Shown here: positions 13,179 through 22,714 of the stretch, in pieces
Position numbering within the stretch: position 1 is the first letter of the stretch
Layout of the letters: each line of letters begins with the position of its first letter
Source: Podarcis liolepis
Taxonomy: Eukaryota
Direction: 5' to 3' (one strand)
DNA: 64,000 nucleotides
Assembly (NCBI GenBank): GCA_965112155.1
Contig: OZ218099.1
Made by a program: the position numbers and the translations under genes
Notes under the pieces: generated by a model
Databases searched by the model: none
Told to the model about the DNA's origin: nothing
Seen by the model: only the letters and a program-made list of their open reading frames with translations

Positions 13179-13409
13179 CAGTGATACCTCGGGTTAAGAA
13201 CTTAATTCGTTCCGCAGGTCCATTCTTAACCTGAAACTGTTCTTAACCTGAGATACCACTTTAGCTAATGGGGCCTCCTGCTGCCGCCACGCCGCCAGAG
13301 CACAATTTCTGTTCTCATCCTGAAGCAAAGAGGTACTATTTCTGGGTTAGCGGAGTCGGTAATCTGAATAGTCTGTAACCTGAAGCGTCTGTAACCCGAG
13401 GTACCACTG
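13179..13409. mobile_element. Tc1/mariner (Tigger-like) MITE
   Basis: TIRs CAGTGATACCTCGGGTTA / TAACCCGAGGTACCACTG with TA on both flanks. Same family at 40423 and 53124. Confidence 0.9.
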
Positions 13410-13729
13410 TACACACACTCCAAAAAATCCATCAGCATTTAAGTACAAATTTATCCTAATATGCAATTTTTGGTGTGCAAGTCTGCCCAAGTGGTGAAGT
13501 GCCCACGTTTGACACTTTGCAGGCTGTGACTGGAAATTGCATTTCCAACATTTCACAAAAACATAGGGATATGATTGTATCACGCCATTTCCCATACCAA
13601 GGATCGGTGCCTGAGCTCCCTACAACTAGCACATATAATAAAAGGCTGCCATTCACTTGATACATGGACCCCAGACCCCAATTATTTTTAATGATCCCCA
13701 AGTTCCCTCAACATTTAAAAATATATATA

Positions 13730-13943
13730 CAGTGGACGCTCGGGTTGCGAACGTGATCCATGCGGGATGCACGTTCGCAACCCGCAGCAGCACATCTGCG
13801 CATGCGCCGATTGTGTTTCGGCGCTTCTGCGCATGCGCGACCTCTGAAACCCGGAAGTAACCCATTCTGGTACTTCCGGGTTTCGGAGCATCCGTAACCT
13901 GAAAAAACGCAACCTGAAGCGTCTGTAACCTGAGGTATGACTG
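13730..13943. mobile_element. Tc1/mariner MITE (second family)
   Basis: TA|CAGTGGACGCTCGGGTT ... AACCTGAGGTATGACTG|TA, with internal palindrome AACCCGGAAGTA...TACTTCCGGGTT. Confidence 0.85.
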
Positions 13944-14734
13944 TACTGCAGTGTGATGTTCTCCTCTGGGTTTTTTTTATCTCGGGTGGTGGTGTCATGC
14001 TCCCTCTCCAGCCATTGTCAACAGCAGCAGAACCATACCCAGTAGGCTACTTGCCACTTCCTCATTCATGATCGCTTTTGCAATGCTCAGTCATCTTTGA
14101 GCACTTCTGGGAAGCCTTGTCTGCCCACTGAATGATCAGAAGCGGCTGGCTAGTCCCAGCAGAGATTGCACATTAAAGCAGCCACTGTTCTGCCATGCCA
14201 GAAGTTTCACAAAGCCACTTTTCTGTGCTAAGTGCTTGCTGAGCACCCTACATATGTCAAATACTTGTTTGATCAAGACTGGAATCAGGAAATTAATTAT
14301 CCATTGTTTTGCGATTTGAGGACATTGACACTTCAGTTGAGCTGGCTGTCCAGCAATGACTGACTAGGGGGCAACCTGGATGTAGCTGTGCTGAGGAGAG
14401 CTGTGGATCCACTTGGTGCACCTGAACTAGCCAACGCCACCCTGGGGCTGGCCCTGTACGGAGATGTGCAGGTCGGGCAGTGCCAGCATCATTAGCAGGC
14501 CAGCACCAGCCACTGCACATATGCAAAGCCGACCCAGAACTCCACTCAGCACAGCCACCAAACCGGAGCATCCACTGTGGGCTTAGCTGTGTCATTAAGC
14601 CCTCCCAGGGAATCCATTGTTTGCTTTACAATGCATGCCAGAGGCTGCTGCCAGGCCTATTAAATCCCATTAGGAGTAAACATGCATAGGATTGCACTTC
14701 ATGCTAAAGTCTATGGCGCTGCAATGTCATTGAC

Positions 14735-14765
<31 letters not shown>

Positions 14766-15881
14766 CAGGCAGACATGGAAGAGGAGCCACAGAAGAAACC
14801 TTTCGAATTTACGAGAGATTGGCTTATAGCTTCTCTGTGCCTATAAAATCAACATGCATGGATTGCTAGTGTGCAGGACAGCAGGCCTTGGACTTAGGTG
14901 ACACGTGTGCCTGCACAAAGCAGGTTATAAACATACTTAGTGTGGTTGACACTGACACTGGCATCTCTCTTGCACATCCTCAGATGAGAAAGAAGCCAGC
15001 CAGCCCTGTTTTATGGCTACAAATAATAACCCCTCACAATGTCCACAGTGCACCGTCACTACCATCCAAAGGGCTGGGCAAGCATTCTGTTGCATTGCTC
15101 CTCCTAGGAATTATAATTTGGTTTCACATGCCCTGCACTTACCCAGCAGCAGCACCTATGCTAAAGAGCTGCTTGGAAATTCCCTGCTGCCACCAAACTA
15201 AGGATGGAATGATCTGAAAATCTCAATGTCAAGTTTATCCGCCATATTTTCCCCCCTAATTCCTGCCTCACTTGTTCTCAATGAGAAGTTTACTGGTTCT
15301 ATTAAAAACACAAACAATTCTTGCACAGTCTACACACACACACACACACAAATAATATTACTAGGGGCTGCCAACCCGGCTTGCTCTATCCACCAACCCA
15401 CCAATCCCTTTGCCAACCCTCTTCCCCCACACCCAGCCAACCCCTTCTCATTCCCCAACTGGGTAGGCAAATGAGCAGGGTGGGGCTAGATGTGTTTTAT
15501 TTGCCAAGATGCTATAAACTATATTAACATACCCGCCTACATTTCTCTGATGAAAATAGGGGCATCCTATTCAACAATAACAGTAATAGTAATAATGTGT
15601 TTCCAACATATATATAAATATAATAAAACATTAAACATGAAAACAATTCCTTGTAAAGGACTGCCTTCAGATGTCTTCTAAAGATTTTATAGTTACTTGT
15701 CTCCTTGGCCCAGGGGTTGCATAACTCCATACCTTCCAATGTTTCTCCAATGAAAAAGCCACTTCTACAATAAACAAGGAAGTGGGGTTGCGGGCGTCAC
15801 ACCCCTTCCCCACATTTGCGGGGGCTGGCTCCAGCCCCCGTGATACCTAAGGGAATCCCCGCCTGTGTCATATCCCGGGCC

Positions 15882-15924
15882 AGCCAATCGGCTGGCTCCG
15901 GGGGTGGGGCCTCGGCTATTTAAA
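15882..15924 (+). promoter_or_regulatory. Pol II promoter module of the retroelement cassette
   Basis: AGCCAATC, GGGGTGGGGC (15901-15910) and TATTTAAA (15917-15924) in canonical order and spacing. Confidence 0.6.
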
Positions 15925-16021
15925 CCTGCTGCAGCCGAGGCTCCTCTTCTTTTCCTCCGCTGCTACAGCTGACCTGGTTTTCCCGCCCATCCCACCCCTT
16001 TTTAGGATAGGTTCTCTGACG

Positions 16022-16122
16022 TTGCTATGAACTCCGGTTGGTCGCCGTCAAGGGGCGTGGTAGGAATTTTCCCAAATGGCAGATTGGCTCCAGCCATTTG
16101 GTTTTCGCCTACCTCGTAGCAA
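16022..16122 (+). ncRNA. Structured RNA element with U-rich internal loop (ENE-like; resembles the Deu/Nin-domain core)
   Basis: Stems TTGCTATGA/TCGTAGCAA, GGTAGG/CCTACC and CCAAATGGC/GCCATTTGG. Internal loop AATTTTC / TTTTCG. Confidence 0.5.
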
Positions 16123-17208
16123 ACCGTCACAACTCCTCGGTATTGGCGGTGAGGCATTGGTAGGGGTACTGTCCTATTGTTATGCAAATGAAGGGGGAAG
16201 GAGCGCCATCACCTTCCCCCCAAGCAAGGGTAGTCCGGTAAAGGATTCCGGGGGGCGTGGCCTTGTCCTAAGCCTAAGGAGGTGTGGGCCCACGGCACGC
16301 CCCACGCGGTGATGCCCGGGGGAGGTCCTAGTTGACGTGCCTCAGCAGGACTCCTCGCTCTGGTGAGTAACCCTTCTGGCCTCCAGCCGGTTAGTAGTTA
16401 GGACCAATGCCTAAGCCAATACCTCTCAATTCCTGTAATCAATAAAGTTGTGGCCTAATTTGACCCACTAACCTGAATTCTTGTGTCCTGTGTCTTTATT
16501 TCCTCAGGGGGAGGCGGGAACTCACCACGCAATAGGAATAGCCTACCATACCCTCCAACATTTCACCAATTAAAATAGGGATGTCCTAAGGGACAACAGG
16601 ACATTCCAGGATAAAATCAAAAGCTGAGACAGCTTCTGTAAATCCAGGGCTGTGCCTGGAAAATAGGGACACTTGGAGAGTCTATATTAATGTCAACAGA
16701 GAATTGCCAACATGTTTATCTCCCGCCACCCATTTATCTTCAGCATAATAGGGGCATCTCTTACGTAAGTTATCATTTTGTAATAAACCCTGTTGGAAAT
16801 TACCTTCCAACCTTTCAGTAGCATGACTCAACAGAAGCTACATGTTTAGAGTGTGAGGTTAAAAGCCTTTGTGTACTTAAGTAGGCTTCAAGTGAGGTTG
16901 TCAGTCTGTAATAACCCCTCTTAATAAAGAACCAGTGCAATGGCCAGGGAACTGTTGCCTAGGGACTTGGTGCAGGTAGCACTCCAACCAGCTAGCTCCT
17001 CACACACAAAGTGGCTCAGAAGAGTGACGCATGCAAGGGAACGAAGATCCCTGCCTGCAATTAGAAAAAGTGGCAGCTTGCCATTTTCCTGTTCAAAAAG
17101 AGAGGGAGCAAAGCACATTACTACTACATAAGTAGGCTGTTCAGATGAGCGGATAGTTATGCAGTCAAATCTTGCTGCACTAACATCTGTCCTGGCAGTA
17201 TTATTATT

Positions 17209-17253
<45 letters not shown>

Positions 17254-17404
17254 AAACTAATAACCACTCTGATTTTTACAATTCTCATGCTGTTGCTTAT
17301 TGCTTGTTCTTATTAACTGGGCTGCATTAAACAACTGTCACTTTTTTGCATTATTGTATTCGGTGCATTGTTGGAAACTGTCCTGGAATCACATAAACGT
17401 CTAT

Positions 17405-17427
17405 AAACTGGACAGATAAATAAACTG
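17405..17427 (+). repeat. 5' copy of 23-bp target-site duplication of the CDK9 retrocopy
   Basis: AAACTGGACAGATAAATAAACTG, identical to 20131-20153. Confidence 0.88.
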
Positions 17428-17588
17428 TCTTATAGCCCACGACCTGGAAGTGGCGTTGGTGGCGGCGGGATGAGAGGAACTGCAAAGAAATGGAGCGGCT
17501 GGGTGAAAGCGCTCCCGGAAACATGCTGCTGCGCCCCTCAGATGGAGACCGGCGGCAGCCAGAAGAGATCAGGGGCGCCGGCTCCGCC

Positions 17589-18671
17589 ATGGCCTAGCAG
17601 TGCAACACGGTGGAATGTCTCTACTGCGACAAGGTCTCCAAGTACGAGAAGTTGGCCAAGATTGGGCAAGGCACCTTCGGGGAGGTCTTCAAAGCAAAAC
17701 ATCGTCAAACAGGCAAAACTGCATTGAAAAAAGTGTTGATGTAGAATGAAAAGGACAGGTTCCCCATCACAGCCCTACGGGAGATCAAAATCCTCCAGCT
17801 ACTCAAGCATGAAAACGTTGCGAATCTCATTGAGATCTGCAGGACCAAAGCCTCTCCGTACAACTGCTGCAAGGGCAGCATCTACCTGGTATTTGACTTC
17901 TGTGAGCATGACCTGGTTGGACTCCTTAGCAATGCCCATGTCAAGTTTACACTTTCGGAGATCAAGAAAGTCATGCAATTGCTCCTGAACGGCCTGTACT
18001 ACATCCACCGGAATAAGATTTTGCATCAGGACATGAAAGCAGCCAACGTGCTTATCACCCGCGATGGTGTTCTGAAGCTGGCCAACTTTGGCCAGCCCAA
18101 TCGCTACACTAGCAGGGTGGTGACTTTGTGGTATCGTCCTCCGAAGCTGCTTTTGGGGGAACGAGATTATGGACCACCCATTGATGTCTGGGGCGCAGGA
18201 TGCATAATGGCAGAGTTGTGGACCCGGAGCCCCATCATGCAGGGAAACACAGAACAGCACCAGCTCACTCTCATCAGCCAGCTTTGTAGATGTATCACCC
18301 CGGAGGTATGGCCAAGCATGGATAAGTACAAACTGTATGAGAAGGTGGACTTGCCGAAAGGGCAAAAGCACAAGGTGAAGGAGAGGCTAAAGATGTACGT
18401 CAAAGACCCATATGCTCTGGATCTCATAGACAAGCTGCTGGTCCTGGATCCTGCCCAAAGGATAGATAGCGATGACACCCTGAATCACGACTTCTTCTGG
18501 TCCGACCCTATGCCTTCTGATCTCAAAAACATGCTCTCCACTCATAAGTAATCCATGTTTGAGTACCTGGCTCCTTGTAGGAGGAGGGGTGGACATGTGC
18601 CACAGCAACCTGCCAATCAGGGCAGGAATCCAGTGGCGACCAATCAGACAGAGTTCGACAGAGTGTTCTGA
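17589..18671 (+). pseudogene. CDK9: CDK9 (P-TEFb kinase) processed pseudogene, CDS remnant
   Basis: Intronless MA*QCNTVECLYCDKVSKYEKLAKIGQGTFGEVFKA...PITALREIKILQLLKHEN...NQTEFDRVF*. In-frame stops at codon 3, ~17742 and 18549. HRD>HQD, DFG>NFG, and an 11-codon activation-loop deletion. Confidence 0.97.
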
Positions 18672-19189
18672 TGGCTGTGGACCAAGAACAAGAATGGAGT
18701 ACTGGTTTCCAATGGAATAACGAAAACGATTTATTTCAGCTGTTGTTGTTTTTTACTGTTGCAAAACAAAACAAAAATTGGTGGGAAGAGAACAAAACAC
18801 CTGCGGGTCTGTGTTTTAAGAGCTGCAGGGCTAGATTAAACACTGTCTGGAAAGGTGTGTAGAGTTCTGCCTACCTGGGCTATCACAGACCGAACTGCAG
18901 CTTTTCTGTGCTTGTTGATTTCTGAGGTACTGAAACAATCTTGGTGAACTGTTTTTCGGGGTTGCTGTTGTTTTTAATTCATTGCTTCTATGAAGTTGCA
19001 CTGCTAGGAAAGTGTGTATCTGGTGTGCAGGAGGATGGAGCAGACTGGGTAGGGTCTTGTGTCCAAGAATGGCTGCTGACTTTGAATCATACCGTGTGGC
19101 CTGTCCACTTCTGTCAGCAAGTTCCACACACGTGTTGCTGCAGTGGGTTTGTAGCAGTGGTCTCCAAGATTCTGAGAAAACCCATATTG

Positions 19190-19688
19190 TGAGAAACAGT
19201 TTGTCATGTACTCAATTGCAGCTACAGGCCATGGACAGTTGCGAGAAGACTTATTCTTTTTGTACTAACCAGTGACGGTAAAGCTCCCTTTATCTTATCT
19301 CTGGAATGTTGCTTAGAAGAACCAAGAAGGTCCGTTCGGAACAATAGTGAAGGCCATGAAAGAATGATGGAGCTTATGTGAAAAAGGGGGAAGTTAACCT
19401 TAAAAGGAGTGAGGAAGGATGTGGTTTAAGAATTAGCTAATGAATATGTAATGCTTCATGTATATCAGCCAAAAATAAAGTATATAAGCCTCTGGGCAAC
19501 CATGGCAAGGCACTCAGCTTTTGGAAGTATCCTCTGAGTATCCACTGCTTGCTGTCAGCAAACAATAAATTTACTTTCCTTTTCTTTATTGCTGCGTTTT
19601 GAAGTTTTCATTCAGTCTGCAGAGTCTTGCAACAGGTTGGTTAGGGGGGCCAGGAAGCAAGCTGCAGATCTCCCAGGCTTTGGTAACA
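19190..19688 (+). mobile_element. Probable solo LTR inside the CDK9 retrocopy 3'UTR (5' end uncertain)
   Basis: TATATAA 19481-19487, AATAAA 19564-19569, T-rich U5-like region ending ...GGTAACA. No TSD resolved. Confidence 0.5.
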
Positions 19689-19733
19689 GAGGTAGCCTTC
19701 CCATGGTGGGTGAGAAGAATGTGGCCATCAAAC

Positions 19734-19863
19734 CAGTGTTTCTTGGATTTAGGTCCTCAGCTGTTCGACTACAAGTCCCACCATGCCTGGTCACTGGTTC
19801 TGCTAGCTATGGATGATGGGAGTTATAGTCTAGCAGCTGGTGGCCAAGGTTTGAGAAACACTG
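19734..19863. mobile_element. Short hAT-type MITE
   Basis: TIR CAGTGTTTCT / AGAAACACTG with internal GACTACAAGTCCCA...TGGGAGTTATAGTC palindrome. Related copies near 26815, 35073, 40170, 45665 and 63605. Confidence 0.75.
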
Positions 19864-20130
19864 AATTCTTATATTTTTGCTGCACCACTATGTAGCTTTG
19901 CCATGGATTTTGTAGACTTCAAGCTTCTTAAAAAAAAAAAATCCCAACAGCAGCAGTAAATGCTCACTTACTTGGACCTAACAAGGCAAGAGGTCTGATG
20001 ACTTTCCATTCTGGGTATGGGTGGGATACTTATCTGTATTACACTTTTATCATGTTCTGATCTTTTTCTAAATAGCTCAACTGTAATAAACGGTATTTGC
20101 ATACACACACACACACATACAGTGTCTTAC

Positions 20131-20153
20131 AAACTGGACAGATAAATAAACTG
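20131..20153 (+). repeat. 3' copy of 23-bp target-site duplication of the CDK9 retrocopy
   Basis: AAACTGGACAGATAAATAAACTG, identical to 17405-17427. Confidence 0.88.
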
Positions 20154-21150
20154 CCATGTTGTTATTACTTGTATACTCCACTTTCCAATTAATATTTCTC
20201 AAGGTAGTTTAGGACGGCGATGATCAAATTTTAAAAGAACCTACAGGGTTGGACCAATATACAGTATACAGTTGAATCAATTAAATTCATCACAACAGAT
20301 TATATGGGTATACATAACTGACACAAGACAAAGGGGCAGTTAAATTTCAGGCTGGCGGCTTAAAATAATAGTGCGGCAGTCGGAAACAGAACAGACCAAT
20401 TTAACATCAACTTAAAACATGGTCACTTAAAATATTTTTTTTAAAAAAGGTAAACAAAGCCCCACCCCACCCCCCAGTTAGCAACAAGAAGTAAAAAAGC
20501 ACTAAGAAATAAAGGTTTGGCTTCAGGCCTAGCATATGAACGAGGCACTAAGCAAGAGTCCCAGTTGTAAGTACTGAGAAGCCCCATTCACCTTACCATC
20601 ACATATACAGTGGTGCCATTTAGTACTTTGCAGCAGAAGTCCAAGGCCTCACCAAGTGCAGGCAGGGCTCCCCAATGCAGCCTGGCTGGCCAGCTGACAG
20701 ATGCTGAGCCAGTGAAAGGGTATTGACTACCAGGAGTAGGTATTGGGCTTAATCTGTGCATGATTTGGAATTTGCATCTATTTAGCTTAGAGATTGCCTC
20801 CATCCATACTTTGCGCACCACAGGAGGAACAGCAGTGTGGTGTTAACAAGACAGGTACGGTATGTCATCCTATAAGCAGCCTGCTGAAGGACATTCTCTT
20901 CAGAGGACTCCAAGCCTGACTCAGGTCATGAAACATTTAGCATATGCAGGCATTCAGGTGATGCATCCCTAAGGATTTTTATGGTTTTAAGCATGCAGTT
21001 TTAAGCATGTCTGTGTGTATGTATGCGGTATTAAATGTGTTTATTTTGTACATGGAGAGCTTTGGGCAATGGGTGCTTTCATTTAAAAAAAAAATCACAA
21101 TGGGCATAATCCATACATGAAACCCTCCCACTGAAACTGATGGGACTGAA

Positions 21151-21382
21151 TAGTTACAGATAGGTAGCCGTGTTGGTCTGCCATAGTCAAAATAAAAAAA
21201 TTCCTTCCAGTAGCACCTTAAAGACCAACTAAGTTAGTTCTTGGTATGAGCTTTCGTGTGCATGCACACTTCTTCAGATGTATGTGTGTATCTGAAGAAG
21301 TGTGCATGCACACGAAAGCTCATACCAAGAACTAACTTAGTTGGTCTTTAAGGTGCTACTGGAAGGAATTTTTTTATTTTGA
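21151..21382. mobile_element. Penelope-like element remnant: inverted pseudo-LTR pair
   Basis: Perfect 93-bp inverted arms (21187-21279 / 21290-21382) with a 10-nt spacer. PLE-type end GGTAGCCGTGTTGGTCTG; TSD TGATGGGACTGAA at 21138-21150 and 21380-21392. Confidence 0.88.
21288..21325 (+). ncRNA. Minimal type I hammerhead ribozyme (PLE-associated)
   Basis: GTAT-CTGAAGA-a-GTGTG(CATG)CACAC-GAAA-GC-TC-ATAC contains the CUGANGA and GAAA cores, stem I GTAT/ATAC, stem II, palindromic AGCT stem III and a UC cleavage site. Confidence 0.8.
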
Positions 21383-22031
21383 TGGGACTGAAAACATCTA
21401 TTTGAGGCAAATTTTGTACCTCTTTTATAAGACTAATAATCAAATTTATTCCAGTCATTTATAATGTTGATTTTAAGAAAATAAATCAATCAAAATTTCA
21501 ACATCAAATAAACAGAAACATACAAAATGTTTTTCTTTTCTGGCTTATACATATGCACACAAAAAGAGAAAGAGATAAAGAGAAAGCATGAATGAAAGAG
21601 ATCAATCAGTTGAAACTGAATTTTATGCACCCCACGTTTGCATATTTTTGTATCATCTACACATCACTGCCCTCATCCAAATGTCAGTCGGTATTTTCTT
21701 CACATTCCTCAGACAGGAAAAATATGTCATTTGTTATACACAATCACTGCTGCTGTGGATGTTCCTTGGCACTTTTTTGCAGTGGGTGGTTTGTCGTGTG
21801 TGGCGACCAGTTATACTGCTTTCAGTGCTCTCTATTGCCACACCTCCGACTTCCTCACCTGAGCACAATGAAACCGTTTTGTTTCTGTGGCCTACACAAT
21901 AAGAGTGTGCCTATTTCCACTGGCTGCTGAAGGCATGCTCCCGGTGCACATATATATATTTGTTTTTAATGCACCAGCCTTGCCCAAAACTACATCTGAA
22001 CAAAACATCAGCATTAAAAATAATATAGAAG

Positions 22032-22190
22032 CATAGAATTGTAGAGTTGGAAGTGATCCCAATGGCCATGTAGTCCAACCCCCTGCAATGCAGGAATCTC
22101 AACATGTGGTTCCTCATCCAATTTGAAATCATATTGGACCCTGCTTAGCTTTGCAAATGTGCTAGCCGTTTTGTTGCTACACCACTAGGA
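22032..22190 (-). mobile_element. SINE with 5S rRNA-like head + CR1 3' tail
   Basis: Reverse complement contains AAGCTAAGCAGGGTC (15-nt match to the 5S box A region) and TTGGATGAGGAACC (box C-like). These join the TTCCTGCATTGCAGGGGGTTGGACTAC...CTTCCAACTCTACAATTCTATG tail. Confidence 0.65.
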
Positions 22191-22673
22191 GATAATTTGG
22201 ACTGTCATCCTCTCTTGGCTCTCACCCAACAAACACAGTTAGAGGCTCTTACTTGTAACAATACAGGCTCAGCAGAAGACACCGTTCTCAAGAGTCACGA
22301 TTCAGGAGCAGGACAAGAAGTTCAGAACTGGATGGAAGTGATGAAGATGTCCCAGCAAGTTTTCCCACACCTCCTGCCAAAATTTCAAAGATGAGGCATG
22401 GTACACTAACTCACAAGGCTCCAACAATTTTGCCTGCCCCACCACCGCTGCTTCCTCCTCTTCCATCAGAGCCTGTCAGCCCAAACCTAAGAGCACTGTG
22501 GGGCTCAAGACTTAACCTGAATAACAACTATGGCAAGTGGAAAGGGGGAGAGTCCAGGTGACATGAGCTCATGCCACGGACCCCCCCATCCCCTCCGGTT
22601 CTACAATATGCATGAGCATGATAAGTGAGAGAGATTCACTGTGCAGATATGATACACTGTTGTATGATATAGC

Positions 22674-22674
<1 letters not shown>

Positions 22675-22713
<39 letters not shown>
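22675..22713. repeat. (GATA)n microsatellite
   Basis: Perfect GATA run. Confidence 0.97.

Positions 22714-22714
<1 letters not shown>

Larger units (their letters stand above)
15788..16532 (+). mobile_element. Non-coding LTR-like / DIRS-Ngaro-like retroelement cassette
   Basis: CpG/GC-rich island in AT-rich DNA with termini TTGCG...CGCAA. CCAAT, GC box and TATA, then AATAAA (16441-16446) followed by a GT/T-rich tract. No ORF and no evident TSD. Confidence 0.7.
15529..16683. mobile_element. Composite non-autonomous repeat hosting the 15788-16532 insertion
   Basis: Recurrent unit CATACC(C/T)TCCAA..TTTC.CCAAT.AAAATAGGG at ~15529, ~15730 and ~16547. An antisense L2-like piece (CTGCCTTCAGATGTCTTCTAAAG) lies between them. 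Related sequence at 11060-11150. Confidence 0.5.
17435..20123 (+). pseudogene. CDK9: Processed CDK9 retrocopy, full extent (5'UTR + CDS + 3'UTR)
   Basis: GC-rich 5'UTR, intronless CDS remnant, 3'UTR with AATAAA at 20085-20090, bounded by a 23-bp direct repeat. Confidence 0.8.

Noticed and set aside
17799-18371. 190-aa minus-strand ORF
   Set aside because: Antisense shadow of the CDK9 pseudogene.
21638-21862. Possible minus-strand terminal exon (GEEVGGVAIESTESS...DCV*)
   Set aside because: No recognisable homology and no compatible upstream coding exon; the neighbouring candidate exon at ~22252-22375 has stops in all frames.
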